This document shows positions 50,862-60,379 of a stretch of 64,000 bases of DNA, piece after piece (position 1 is the first letter of the stretch; each line of letters opens with the position of its first letter). A program made the translations under genes and the position numbers. Source of the stretch: Aureliella sp. (lineage in GTDB: Bacteria; Planctomycetota; Planctomycetia; Pirellulales; Pirellulaceae); NCBI GenBank assembly GCA_963691875.1, contig OY829846.1, positions 1,664,001 through 1,728,000 on the forward strand. Reading direction: 5' to 3'. The notes beneath the pieces are model-generated. The model made no database searches. It saw only the letters and a program-made list of their open reading frames with translations, and had not been told where the DNA came from.

Positions 50862-52136
50862 CTAGCGTTGGCGGCTGATGTAGCGAAGGAAATTGCGTTC
50901 TAGAACTTGCATGTCTTCGCCAAAATACTTCTTGAATGTCTCCACGCGTTTCTTTTCTTGCATTGGGCCGAGTGGCGGGAGCTCCTGAAGCTCGGTCAGA
51001 TAGCCTCTGAATTCCTCTTTCATTGTTTTCATTAGGAAGAAAGTTAGGGCCCAACTCTCAGGATAGGCTAAAGCTGCCTCGCGAGAATTCAGCAGTCGCT
51101 TGTCGGTTGAAATGAGGGTCGAAAGAGAATCGGGTTTTCGCTGCCTGAAATTTTGTTTGAACTTGAGGAGATTGTGCCGGTTCACTTTCCCCATCGACCA
51201 GCCAGATTTGTTCTTGAAATCCGGCGACTCGAAGTACATCGCCATGCCTTCGCTCAGCCAGCGAGGATTGTCTGCTAACCGCGTTTGGAGCCCACTGTTA
51301 TAAGCAATCTGGTGCACCGCTTCGTGAACGATGGTAGCGACGGTACGCTCAGCACCAGGAGACGTCAGGATTTGATCAATCAACTTTCGGTTGGACGCTT
51401 GCGGATTGGTTCCATTGGCCAGGCCGTTGATTCCTGTCAAGTCGTAGGAAACCATTCGATTGGTTTGCATGTTGTAGTATCCGATCATCGTCTTTGCGGA
51501 ATCTCCAACAAAGCGTTGCGCGAAACGAACGTAGGATTGCTGATCGCGGAAAACGACTGCGACAAGCGGAAAACGTGGCTCCTCTAGCTTGATGTCGTAT
51601 ATCTGCTTCCAGTAGTTGTAGAATCCTCGGTACAAGCGTTCAAAAAGTTCCCCAGCCCACTCTGCGTAAGCTGGACTGGTGTTGTAGACGATCAAATAGT
51701 GTTTCGTTTTTCGCAGTGCAAACCCGTTGGGCAGCTGACCTTTGAGTCCTTCAAAGATCTCTTGCTGCGTCATAGGCTGCATCTTTTCTTGAGTCGTCTT
51801 AACAGAAAGTTGTTGCTCTTTGAAAATGGTTTTGAGCTGTCCGTTAGGCAGAAGTGCGAGGATGCCGCCATCTTTGCGTGCCCAGACTTCTGCCAGCGTG
51901 TTTTCCTCCTCACCTTGCTCGTTCTTGTAAATAACACGAACGGTTTCTACATCCGAATCAAGATTGGTTTCGATCGGTTGCGATTCCTGGGCCTCAAGCA
52001 TCTGAGAGGAACTTGCCTCAGTAAGCAAGAGGCAAGCAACGAGCCAGCAGATGCCAAAACGCAGTGCGTTATCTTGCGGCCTGTGCAATTTCTGAACCCT
52101 CGCACACACGCCAAAATCCTTTATGAGAATGCACAT
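50862..52136 (-). CDS. DUF1570 putative zinc metallopeptidase (start uncertain)
   Basis: TIVHEAVHQIAYNSG, PRWLSEGMAMYFE and YPESWAL. Confidence 0.88.
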   Translation of the reverse strand: MCILIKDFGVCARVQKLHRPQDNALRFGICWLVACLLLTEASSSQMLEAQESQPIETNLDSDVETVRVIYKNEQGEEENTLAEVWARKDGGILALLPNGQLKTIFKEQQLSVKTTQEKMQPMTQQEIFEGLKGQLPNGFALRKTKHYLIVYNTSPAYAEWAGELFERLYRGFYNYWKQIYDIKLEEPRFPLVAVVFRDQQSYVRFAQRFVGDSAKTMIGYYNMQTNRMVSYDLTGINGLANGTNPQASNRKLIDQILTSPGAERTVATIVHEAVHQIAYNSGLQTRLADNPRWLSEGMAMYFESPDFKNKSGWSMGKVNRHNLLKFKQNFRQRKPDSLSTLISTDKRLLNSREAALAYPESWALTFFLMKTMKEEFRGYLTELQELPPLGPMQEKKRVETFKKYFGEDMQVLERNFLRYISRQR

Positions 52137-52258
52137 CGAAAAGAAAAGAGGAGAAGGACTCTCGTTAGCTGAGAATCATTGCGGATGGGAATCAAAGAAT
52201 GCACCTCGTACCCGACGACCGATTTTACTACATTGTCTGGGTAAAAAGACAGCTAGCC

Positions 52259-53167
52259 ATGGAAGAAAGTCATCAGGTGGAAAATCTCCCCGTCAGGAGT
52301 GTGTTTATCGTTGGATCTGGATGGGTTGGCCGTCAGATTGCAGCCAAATTGGTTATTTCTGGCCTAAACGTAGGCCTTCTCGATCGCGATGCAGCAACTC
52401 TCGGGCAGGCGAAATCTTGGATAGAAGAGGCACTTGCACCGGAAAATGCCTCTGTAGCACAGCCCACAATGCAGCCGGACAAGTGGGGGAAAGCGAGCTA
52501 CTTTGAGGATTGGTCGAATGTTGACGCCGACTGCTACGACTTGGCACTGGAATGCGTATCGGAGCAGTTGTCAATCAAGAAACGAGTGCTCCGAGCCATG
52601 TCTACTCACTTGGCTCCTTCCACCATTTTGGCTTCCAACAGCTCTTATTTCATCCCTTCGCAACTTGAACAATACGTGGAGTCACCCAACCGATTCGCCC
52701 ACTTGCACTTCCATGTTCCAGTGCTCCGTGATTCGGTCGTCGACATTGTTGCGGGAAGTCAAACTTACGAAAGTATCCTGACTCGACTAGAAAATTTAGT
52801 CGTATCAATCGGTGCGAAACCTTTGCGGCTACGCAATGAACATCCAGGCTACATCTTCAATTGGATGCTGCAATCGGTTCTCCGGTCAGCGATGGAACTG
52901 GTAGCGCGAGATGTAGTTGATCCAGAGGATGTTGATGCATCGTGGAAGAGTGTGACAGGTATGCCCCTCGGACCGTTTGGGATGATGGATCAGATCGGCT
53001 TGGATGTCATCGAGCAAGTCTTGGCAAATTCACGTTGGATGGATTGGGAAGAAGTACCAACTGAAAAATTGCTCGAGATGATTCGCGTTAAAACCAAGGA
53101 CGGCAAACTGGGTCGTAAGACGTGCCACGGTTTTTATCGATACCCAAACGACCAGCAACTGCACTAG
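52259..53167 (+). CDS. 3-hydroxyacyl-CoA dehydrogenase family protein
   Basis: IVGSGWVG, ECVSEQLSIKK, ILASNSS, PGYIFN, GPFGMMDQIGLD and GKLGRKT..GFY.Y. Confidence 0.9.
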   Translation: MEESHQVENLPVRSVFIVGSGWVGRQIAAKLVISGLNVGLLDRDAATLGQAKSWIEEALAPENASVAQPTMQPDKWGKASYFEDWSNVDADCYDLALECVSEQLSIKKRVLRAMSTHLAPSTILASNSSYFIPSQLEQYVESPNRFAHLHFHVPVLRDSVVDIVAGSQTYESILTRLENLVVSIGAKPLRLRNEHPGYIFNWMLQSVLRSAMELVARDVVDPEDVDASWKSVTGMPLGPFGMMDQIGLDVIEQVLANSRWMDWEEVPTEKLLEMIRVKTKDGKLGRKTCHGFYRYPNDQQLH

Positions 53168-53618
53168 CTCCGCGACCTGCGAGGTTGCTTCCCAATAGAG
53201 AAGGTTCCAATGTCACCGATCGTAACGTGAGTTGTTGTAGCAGGTTCATTTTGTCGAACTTTCGTTATTTGCTGCTTCTCCTTCGCGGCTTCGCCGCTTT
53301 CGGTTTACGGTGCACTTTTGGTCTGCTGCCTCACGCCATACCTATCACTCACTCCACGACTTCGCCTTGAAATCCATTACAAACAGCTGCGAGACTCGGA
53401 TCCACTCACTTGCAAAGGCATCTTGCTAGTCGCTGGATGCAGATACAGATACGCCCCACTATAAAAGCGCTTGTTCAGACCGAGAACGAAAAAGACAAAG
53501 GAAGGTAACAAGAAACACTGATACAAAAAAACCCTGAAAAACCAATTGGTCCTCCAGGGTCGTATCTGTAATTGCTCGTTTTCGCATCTAGATGCGAGAG
53601 GCTCTTCTTCCGTTCGCC

Positions 53619-54956
53619 TTAGGCGAACGGATTGTACTTGCCAGGGACTGGGTGAGGGTACGCACCATCTGGACCAGGCATGGTTGGAGGATCGGTTTCA
53701 AGGGTGTAGCTGTCGATTCCAGGAGCCAACTCCTTGCCCTTCTTCCAGAGATCATCCCATTTGATAACCTTGGCCGAGTAGCAAGCTTCACGGCCAAGAA
53801 TGGCGGTGAAGGTAGACTTGGCACCGTATTCGCCTTCGTTGTAGATGCGGCCTTCCATCAGGGCCTCAATTAAATCGTGCTGCTCTTGCTGGTGACCACC
53901 CTTGCGCTGTCCCGTGAAGGTGTAAGCATTCGGTCCAAAGATCTTACCGGATGGATCAGCGGTGCCCTTCGAACCGTGAACGTACTCGCTAACGTTTGTC
54001 CATGAGTTGCCCAGATGTCGCCCTTGGCTCCACATCTTTGTACCGTCACTGAAGGTGTACTCACAGAAAGTGTGGTCAAAAATCTGCGACTTGGTGGCAT
54101 CGCCATCCATACGTCGCTCGCGACCACCCATTCCGTTGCACTCGACAGGGTACTCACCCTTCACCCAGCATCCGACATCCAAGTTGTGAATGTGTTGTTC
54201 GCAGATTTGATCGCCGCACAACCAGTTGAAGTGGTACCAGTTGTTGCACTGGTAGGCCATTTCGGTTGGCTCCATTCCAGCTGGCAAAAGGTTGTTTAGT
54301 GCGTTTCGACCTCGGTGCCAAATCCCACCACCATTCCAGTACACGCGGAGAGCGATAACGTCGCCGATAGCACCCTGATGGATTTGCTTAACCGTTTCCA
54401 TGTATTGCGGCTCGTGGCGACGTTGTAGACCAATACCGACCAGCAGGTTTTTCTTCTTAGTAACTTCGACAGCGTCCATGAATCGGCGAACACCAACTGC
54501 ATCGGAAGCAACTGGCTTCTCACAAAAGATGTGGCGTCCTTTTTCGGCAGCGTATTCAAACTGCATTGGTTTGAACGCCGGAGGTGTCGCGATGACGACC
54601 AAATCGCAATCGACGTCAATCGCCCCCTTGAAGCCGTCAATCCCCGTGAAGATACGATCCTCAGGAACATCTACCTTGTCAGGATACTTTTTCGACAGCT
54701 GACGGATCGCGTTCTTCGCTTTGGTGCCAAAAGCATCAGCAACTGCAACGAGTTTCACGTTACCCTTGGTGTTCATGATGTTGGCGGCAGCCCCGGTTCC
54801 CCGACCGCCACAGCCGATGACTGCGAAGCGAATCTCGTCGCTACCTTGTGCGTTTGCCGTCCGTGCAATGTTGGATACAGCGGCGATACCTGCTGCAGCA
54901 GTCGTTGTGGTCTTCAAAAACCCGCGGCGACTTTCTTTTTCCGTTTTCTTGGTCAT
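53619..54956 (-). CDS. Tat-exported Gfo/Idh/MocA oxidoreductase
   Basis: SRRGFLK, IGCGGRG, IATPP, FCEKP and EQHIHNLD. Confidence 0.93.
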   Translation of the reverse strand: MTKKTEKESRRGFLKTTTTAAAGIAAVSNIARTANAQGSDEIRFAVIGCGGRGTGAAANIMNTKGNVKLVAVADAFGTKAKNAIRQLSKKYPDKVDVPEDRIFTGIDGFKGAIDVDCDLVVIATPPAFKPMQFEYAAEKGRHIFCEKPVASDAVGVRRFMDAVEVTKKKNLLVGIGLQRRHEPQYMETVKQIHQGAIGDVIALRVYWNGGGIWHRGRNALNNLLPAGMEPTEMAYQCNNWYHFNWLCGDQICEQHIHNLDVGCWVKGEYPVECNGMGGRERRMDGDATKSQIFDHTFCEYTFSDGTKMWSQGRHLGNSWTNVSEYVHGSKGTADPSGKIFGPNAYTFTGQRKGGHQQEQHDLIEALMEGRIYNEGEYGAKSTFTAILGREACYSAKVIKWDDLWKKGKELAPGIDSYTLETDPPTMPGPDGAYPHPVPGKYNPFA

Positions 54957-55140
54957 GAGGAGGGGTCCTTAAGGGGATATGAGGATGACTAAGATTCCAA
55001 TTAAGGCTCGTATTGTAAACCAAAGCCTAAACAGCTTCCAGCAGCAACTGCGGGCGGACAGGGCGGATCAGAGTGTCAAACTAGCTGAACTTCAGCTGGC
55101 CAGCGTTGCCAAGTTTCGAACAATCCTAGCTCTGCACCGA

Positions 55141-56778
55141 TTAGTGATTCTGATACTGGACAGGCGTAATCCATCCCAGATCGGGCCACCAATCGGTGTC
55201 ATTGAGCTGAGGTTTGCCGGGAACAGAGCGGCCTTTCACGACTATCTCAGTTATTTTTTCAGTCAGTTGTTTAACCTGCTCGGGATGGGCGGCAGCTATG
55301 TCTTTGGTCTCACTCGGATCGTCGGCCAAGTCGTAGAGCTCCGCTTGCAGTTTTCCGTGAGGCATGACGAGTTTCAGCGTGCCGGCACGAATGGCAAATC
55401 GCCCGTTCGCGGCATGATGAATCATTGGGAGGCGGGTTTGGTCACCAACCTCCCTCGTCTGCTGGGCGATTGGAGCGGTCCTCAAAAAACCAGCAAAACT
55501 TTGACTGTCTTCACCGGCAGAATCCGGCAGCTCAAAGTCGACGATTTCTGCAAGCGTCGCCAGCAGGTCGGTCTGGCAAACTCGGCGGCTAGCTTTGCGA
55601 CCGGCTGCTGCCACTCCCGCTGGCCAACGCACATAAAATGGCACTCGATGCCCACCTTCGTAGATCGAACGTTTTCCGCCTCGATAAATGAAGTTACTCT
55701 GATGCTGAAACCGCTCAGCACGTTGCACCCAGGATTTCTCAGGACCATTATCACTGGTGTAAATCACAATCGTGTTCTCGGCGAGATCTGCTTCATCGAG
55801 GTAGTTGAGAATTTCTCCTACATGATGATCCGTCTCGATCATAAATTCCCCATAGCCGCCGGCATTGCCTTGCCCGTGAAACTCAGGCACAGGACAAACC
55901 GGATAATGAGGTGAAGTGTACGGCAAGTAAAGGAAGAATGGTTGCTCGGGTGCTTTTTTCTGATGCCCTTGAATCCAAGTGATGGCTTGCTTCGTAAAAC
56001 GAGTCAGGCATTGGTTGTCGATAAAATCCGGTGCGACCTCCATCCCGCGCTTACCAAGTACCTCTTCCGTTGCTGCCGCTGACTTTTGATAGGGCGGCAT
56101 AATGCGGTAGTCCGGATGCCGCTGGTTCGGTTTCTTTGCCGTGAAAACCGTGGGCGGAACTTTCGCATAGCGGCCATCGAACCAAGCAAGCACGCCGTAA
56201 TTAAGCGATGCTGGAACGCCGAAGAAATAGTCAAAGCCTTTGTCGAGGGGCATATCCTGCACGGGCAGCATCCAGTCACGGTCTTGATGACTTTCTCCAG
56301 GAAAATCCATTCCCAAGTGCCACTTGCCAACCATCGCCGTCGCGTAGCCTTTTTGCTTGAGCATACCAGGCAGCGTCAATCTGCCATCCTCGATCAGGCA
56401 CTTTCCCTCCGCCCCCATCACTCCCTTTTTCAGCCTTGTTCTCCATGCATAACGTCCAGTTAACAAACCATAGCGGGAAGGAGTGCAAACCGTATCGCTG
56501 CAGTGAGCATCGGTAAACGCTAGCCCTTCTCGTGCGAGTCGGTCTAAGTTCGGCGTTGCGAACTTGCAGTCAGGATTCAAATTCGCGGCATCACCGTACC
56601 CTTGGTCGTCCGTGTAGATCAGAACCACGTTGGGTAGCGAAGACGACTTGGGCTCCTTCGCAGGCACTAGACTGCATGGCAAAATAATACAGAGAAGCGG
56701 AACCAAGCGGCTGTACGGGGCGAACTCCGCTTCCCAGCTACGTTTTGTTGCGATCATTTGCATCCGAGGAGATCTCAT
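55141..56778 (-). CDS. Arylsulfatase (Cys-type)
   Basis: PNVVLIYTDDQGYGD, CTPSR, GKWHLG, SDNG and YEGGHRVP. Confidence 0.95.
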   Translation of the reverse strand: MRSPRMQMIATKRSWEAEFAPYSRLVPLLCIILPCSLVPAKEPKSSSLPNVVLIYTDDQGYGDAANLNPDCKFATPNLDRLAREGLAFTDAHCSDTVCTPSRYGLLTGRYAWRTRLKKGVMGAEGKCLIEDGRLTLPGMLKQKGYATAMVGKWHLGMDFPGESHQDRDWMLPVQDMPLDKGFDYFFGVPASLNYGVLAWFDGRYAKVPPTVFTAKKPNQRHPDYRIMPPYQKSAAATEEVLGKRGMEVAPDFIDNQCLTRFTKQAITWIQGHQKKAPEQPFFLYLPYTSPHYPVCPVPEFHGQGNAGGYGEFMIETDHHVGEILNYLDEADLAENTIVIYTSDNGPEKSWVQRAERFQHQSNFIYRGGKRSIYEGGHRVPFYVRWPAGVAAAGRKASRRVCQTDLLATLAEIVDFELPDSAGEDSQSFAGFLRTAPIAQQTREVGDQTRLPMIHHAANGRFAIRAGTLKLVMPHGKLQAELYDLADDPSETKDIAAAHPEQVKQLTEKITEIVVKGRSVPGKPQLNDTDWWPDLGWITPVQYQNH

Positions 56779-56826
56779 GGCATGTTTAGAATCAAGTATC
56801 GTCCTGGCACTAGTTTAGCAGGCTGA

Positions 56827-57774
56827 ATGATGAGCAGAGTTGTTTATCCTGTCTCGATACGCGGACTGACAAAATCTTACGGCAATTTTCATTGCTTGCG
56901 CGGGTGTGATCTGGAAGTTCCAAGCGACGGTGTGTTCGGACTGCTGGGGCCGAACGGGGCTGGCAAGTCGACTTTACTACGCATGCTGCTCGGTTTTCTC
57001 AGCATCACCAGTGGCGAGGCGAGTGTGTGTGGCTACGACGTACGCAGAGAATCTTTGCAGGTCCGCAGAAGTACCGCTTATCTGCCCGGTGATCCGCGGC
57101 TTTATCGTACGATGACTGGCAAACGACTGTTGCGCATGTTCTCAAATTTACACCCCAGTTCGACCTTGAAGGGATGTTTGCGAGTCGCGGATAAGTTGGA
57201 CTTGGATTTGTCACGGATGGTGATGTTCATGTCTACAGGCATGCGACAGAAGTTGGCTCTATCAGTAGTGCTTGGTTGTGAGGCTCCCTTGGTGATGTTG
57301 GACGAGCCGACTGCGAATTTGGATCCCAACGTTCGTCAAACAGTGCTTGAGTTGATCCGCGAAGTGCGTGATTCAGGGCGCACGGTAATGCTCTCTTCGC
57401 ACATTTTCAGTGATATCGACGAAACTTGTAACCGAGTGGCCATTCTGCGTGATGGAAAGATTGTCACGACGCAAACGATGGATTCCATCTCACATTCCTA
57501 CATCGTTGTGGCTCGATGTAATGCCACGGAGTCGGCAATACCGAAGCTACTCCGACAAGCCCCCCAACTTGAGAACTGGCACTTCCGTGCACCCGCGTTC
57601 GAGGATGGCGAGTTGGAATTACATTTCTCTGGCGAACCATCAGCTTGGTTGCCTTGGCTTGGCGAGCAAGATTTGCAAGTGGGACGCATCGAGAAGGCGG
57701 GAGTCCAAGCCCTTTATCAGCAGTATCACAGCCATTCGGCTGGCGTGGCTACGAGCGATGGGAAGGCACTGTGA
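56827..57774 (+). CDS. ABC-2 type transporter ATP-binding protein
   Basis: GPNGAGKST, MSTGMRQ signature, LDEPT and SSH. Confidence 0.93.
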   Translation: MMSRVVYPVSIRGLTKSYGNFHCLRGCDLEVPSDGVFGLLGPNGAGKSTLLRMLLGFLSITSGEASVCGYDVRRESLQVRRSTAYLPGDPRLYRTMTGKRLLRMFSNLHPSSTLKGCLRVADKLDLDLSRMVMFMSTGMRQKLALSVVLGCEAPLVMLDEPTANLDPNVRQTVLELIREVRDSGRTVMLSSHIFSDIDETCNRVAILRDGKIVTTQTMDSISHSYIVVARCNATESAIPKLLRQAPQLENWHFRAPAFEDGELELHFSGEPSAWLPWLGEQDLQVGRIEKAGVQALYQQYHSHSAGVATSDGKAL

Positions 57775-58745
57775 TGCGGCTGCTGCTTCGGAAATATTTG
57801 CAGGAATCCTGGTTGCTACTGAGCGCTTGTAGCGTAATGCTGTTTGCATTTTGCTGGATGCGGATTTGGATCGTGTGCCAATTCGAGCTCGACAAGTTCG
57901 CGCCGATGCTGAAACAGTTCAAAGCCTTTGAGAAGTTCGCTCCGGTGCCACTTGAGCAGTTCTTGACGCATGCCGGAAGTATCGCAATGGCATACAACGA
58001 ACCAGTGCTTCTGCTGTGCATCGTTGTCTGGAGCATCTCACGAGGATCGGACGTGGTCAGCGGTGAGCTTGGACGTGGAACGATGGAGATGCTGCTAGCT
58101 CAGCCGATCACTCGCACGCAGATCGTGCTGAGCCATGCACTGGTTGCAATCGGCGGGTTGATAGTCCTTTGCAGCTGCGTTTGGCTGGGTACCTACTTCG
58201 GCATTACCACCAACACGCGACTCGAGACCATTACGCCATCAATCAATATCAGCTTGCCTTTATTACCTGTTGAAATTCCAATCCCAGCTGGTGAATCAAC
58301 GCAGGTTCGTAGTCCGCTATCAGAAGTAGCTCCGGTAAAATGGTTTGTCGTTCCAACCCTGAACCTTTTTGCGTTTGGATTCTTCCTGCTCGCGATAACA
58401 AGCATGTGCAGCTGTTTTGATCGTTATCGCTGGCGGACGATCGGAGTGATTATGGGCTTCTACGTCATCCAGTTCTTGTTGTTCTTGTTGAGTAAAGCTT
58501 TGGAGTTCACGGGTTGGTGCGGCTACTTTTCGTTTTTCTCTCTGTACCAACCTGATGCGATGGTGCAGTTGGTGCGTAATCACCCGGAAGGCAGCTACGA
58601 AGTAGTTTCTAGCTTTGATGTGGTGGGATGGGAGTTCTGGCTTGGTCCGCTCGGTATGACACTCCTGCTAGTTGCCATGGGGCTGATTTGCTACACAGCC
58701 GGTTGGCGGCGGTTTGTCAAGCGAGACTTGCCCGCGCCTGTCTAG
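57774..58745 (+). CDS. ABC-2 type transporter permease
   Basis: SGELGRGTMEMLLAQPITR, multiple TM segments and C-terminal FVKRDLP. Confidence 0.9.
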   Translation: MRLLLRKYLQESWLLLSACSVMLFAFCWMRIWIVCQFELDKFAPMLKQFKAFEKFAPVPLEQFLTHAGSIAMAYNEPVLLLCIVVWSISRGSDVVSGELGRGTMEMLLAQPITRTQIVLSHALVAIGGLIVLCSCVWLGTYFGITTNTRLETITPSINISLPLLPVEIPIPAGESTQVRSPLSEVAPVKWFVVPTLNLFAFGFFLLAITSMCSCFDRYRWRTIGVIMGFYVIQFLLFLLSKALEFTGWCGYFSFFSLYQPDAMVQLVRNHPEGSYEVVSSFDVVGWEFWLGPLGMTLLLVAMGLICYTAGWRRFVKRDLPAPV

Positions 58746-59019
58746 TCGCCAGAAATCCATCAGTCAGACCATAAGAAGTACGGCGGCAAGGCACTGTTAA
58801 GGTATCGAAGCCAGAGCAAGCCATCGCCTGCGGTTGGGCGTTAAGCGATGGTAGCGGGTTGTTAAGGAGAGAAATTCTGGCGGATCCCACTACAGGTGAC
58901 GCGTTGACAAGGTGCGACGAGGCAGATTGAATAAGAACCTACATAGGGGCAAACGAACTATCGAACTCCGTGGCATAAGCATTCTGCTTGTCATCCGCAC
59001 AACGAAATGGAATTCTGTC

Positions 59020-59847
59020 ATGTTTTCACCAGTAGCCATCGGTGATTTTCAATGTGGTGGCGAAGCTCTAACGATCATTGCTGGTCCTTGCGTTCTGCAG
59101 TCCAGGGAGCTGTCTTTAGAGATTGCCAAGAAGTTAAAGCACGAAACCGCCAAACGGAATCTAAACTTCGTCTTCAAAGGATCCTTCGACAAAGCGAATC
59201 GCACTAGCGCAAGTTCCTTTCGCGGGCTGGGCATGGATGGCGGACTCAAAATCTTGGCGGAAGTCAGCAAACAACTTCAGATACCGACCACGACCGACAT
59301 CCACTTACCAGAGCAAGCCGCGCCGGTTGCCGAAGTATGCGATGTTTTGCAGATTCCCGCTTTCCTCGCCCGTCAGACGGACTTATTGCTTGCAGCCGCA
59401 GCTACGGGTACTCCAGTGAACGTAAAGAAGGGGCAGTTCATGGCCCCTGGCGACATGAAGTATGTCGTCGAGAAACTGCAGTCGGCCGACGCAGGTGGCG
59501 TGATGCTGTGCGAGCGTGGCACGTTTTTTGGCTACGGTAGACTGGTGAACGATATGCAATCTCTGCCTTTGATGCGAGCTCATGGAGTGCCTGTCGTGTT
59601 TGACGCCACGCATTCCGTCCAGCAGCCTGGAGGACTTGGTGGCGCGACCGGCGGCAAACGAGAAATGGTTTGGCCTTTGGCTCGAGCGGCAGTAGCTATC
59701 GGCGTCGACGCAATTTTTCTGGAGACTCACCCTGACCCCGATTCTTCGCCTAGCGACGGAGCCAACATGGTTCCTTTAGATCAAGTCGGGAAGTTCCTCG
59801 ACCAGCTCTCTACTTTGCATCAGGCGTGTCAACGTTTTGGCAACTGA
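59020..59847 (+). CDS. kdsA: KDO 8-phosphate synthase
   Basis: [46 protein letters not shown] and ETHPDP. Confidence 0.97.
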   Translation: MFSPVAIGDFQCGGEALTIIAGPCVLQSRELSLEIAKKLKHETAKRNLNFVFKGSFDKANRTSASSFRGLGMDGGLKILAEVSKQLQIPTTTDIHLPEQAAPVAEVCDVLQIPAFLARQTDLLLAAAATGTPVNVKKGQFMAPGDMKYVVEKLQSADAGGVMLCERGTFFGYGRLVNDMQSLPLMRAHGVPVVFDATHSVQQPGGLGGATGGKREMVWPLARAAVAIGVDAIFLETHPDPDSSPSDGANMVPLDQVGKFLDQLSTLHQACQRFGN

Positions 59848-60295
59848 AGCTGCGATTGGTGACTTCAAAATCCTATGGATTGGAGAAAGTGAACCAACCC
59901 ATGCCAGTTCTCCGTACAGATGAATTGTAGCAAAGCCGTGAGTTGCCTAAGCGGGGCAAGACGGCCATGCCGCTTAGGCGGAGGGCGAGTCAGAAACAGT
60001 CCGATTTCGTTTTTAGGCAGCTCGCTTGCGTGAATACACTCTCCGTTGGTAGAAGGCGTCCGCCAGTCGCCACACAATCATGCTTGAAACTCGCAAGAAG
60101 CGGAACGCTTACCTGGGCCGCACAAACCACTTATTCGTAAGCTGGAACATGGAAAAGCTCTATCGAGGATAAGGAATTTCCGTTTCGCAGTAAATCGACT
60201 CGGCCTCATCCACCTATTGGGATTCACTCAGTGTCTGACTGGTAGGGTAGAGTTTCGTGATGAAGAGCCGATACTTCGCAGTCCAACACCCGTAA

Positions 60296-60349
60296 TCCGA
60301 TCCAGGATTCAATTGGTCCGATCCAGGATTCAATTGGTCCGATCTAGGA
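60296..60349 (+). repeat. 21-bp tandem repeat, about 2.6 copies
   Basis: TCCGATCCAGGATTCAATTGG twice, then TCCGATCTAGGA. Confidence 0.9.
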
Positions 60350-60379
60350 CCTCTAATTTAGCCCCAGCAGATTGTCTCC

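Noticed and set aside
54979..55914. 311-aa plus-strand ORF
   Set aside because: It is antisense to a clear sulfatase gene. The same applies to 27407-28234 (antisense to a sulfatase) and 38369-39079 (antisense to the secretin).
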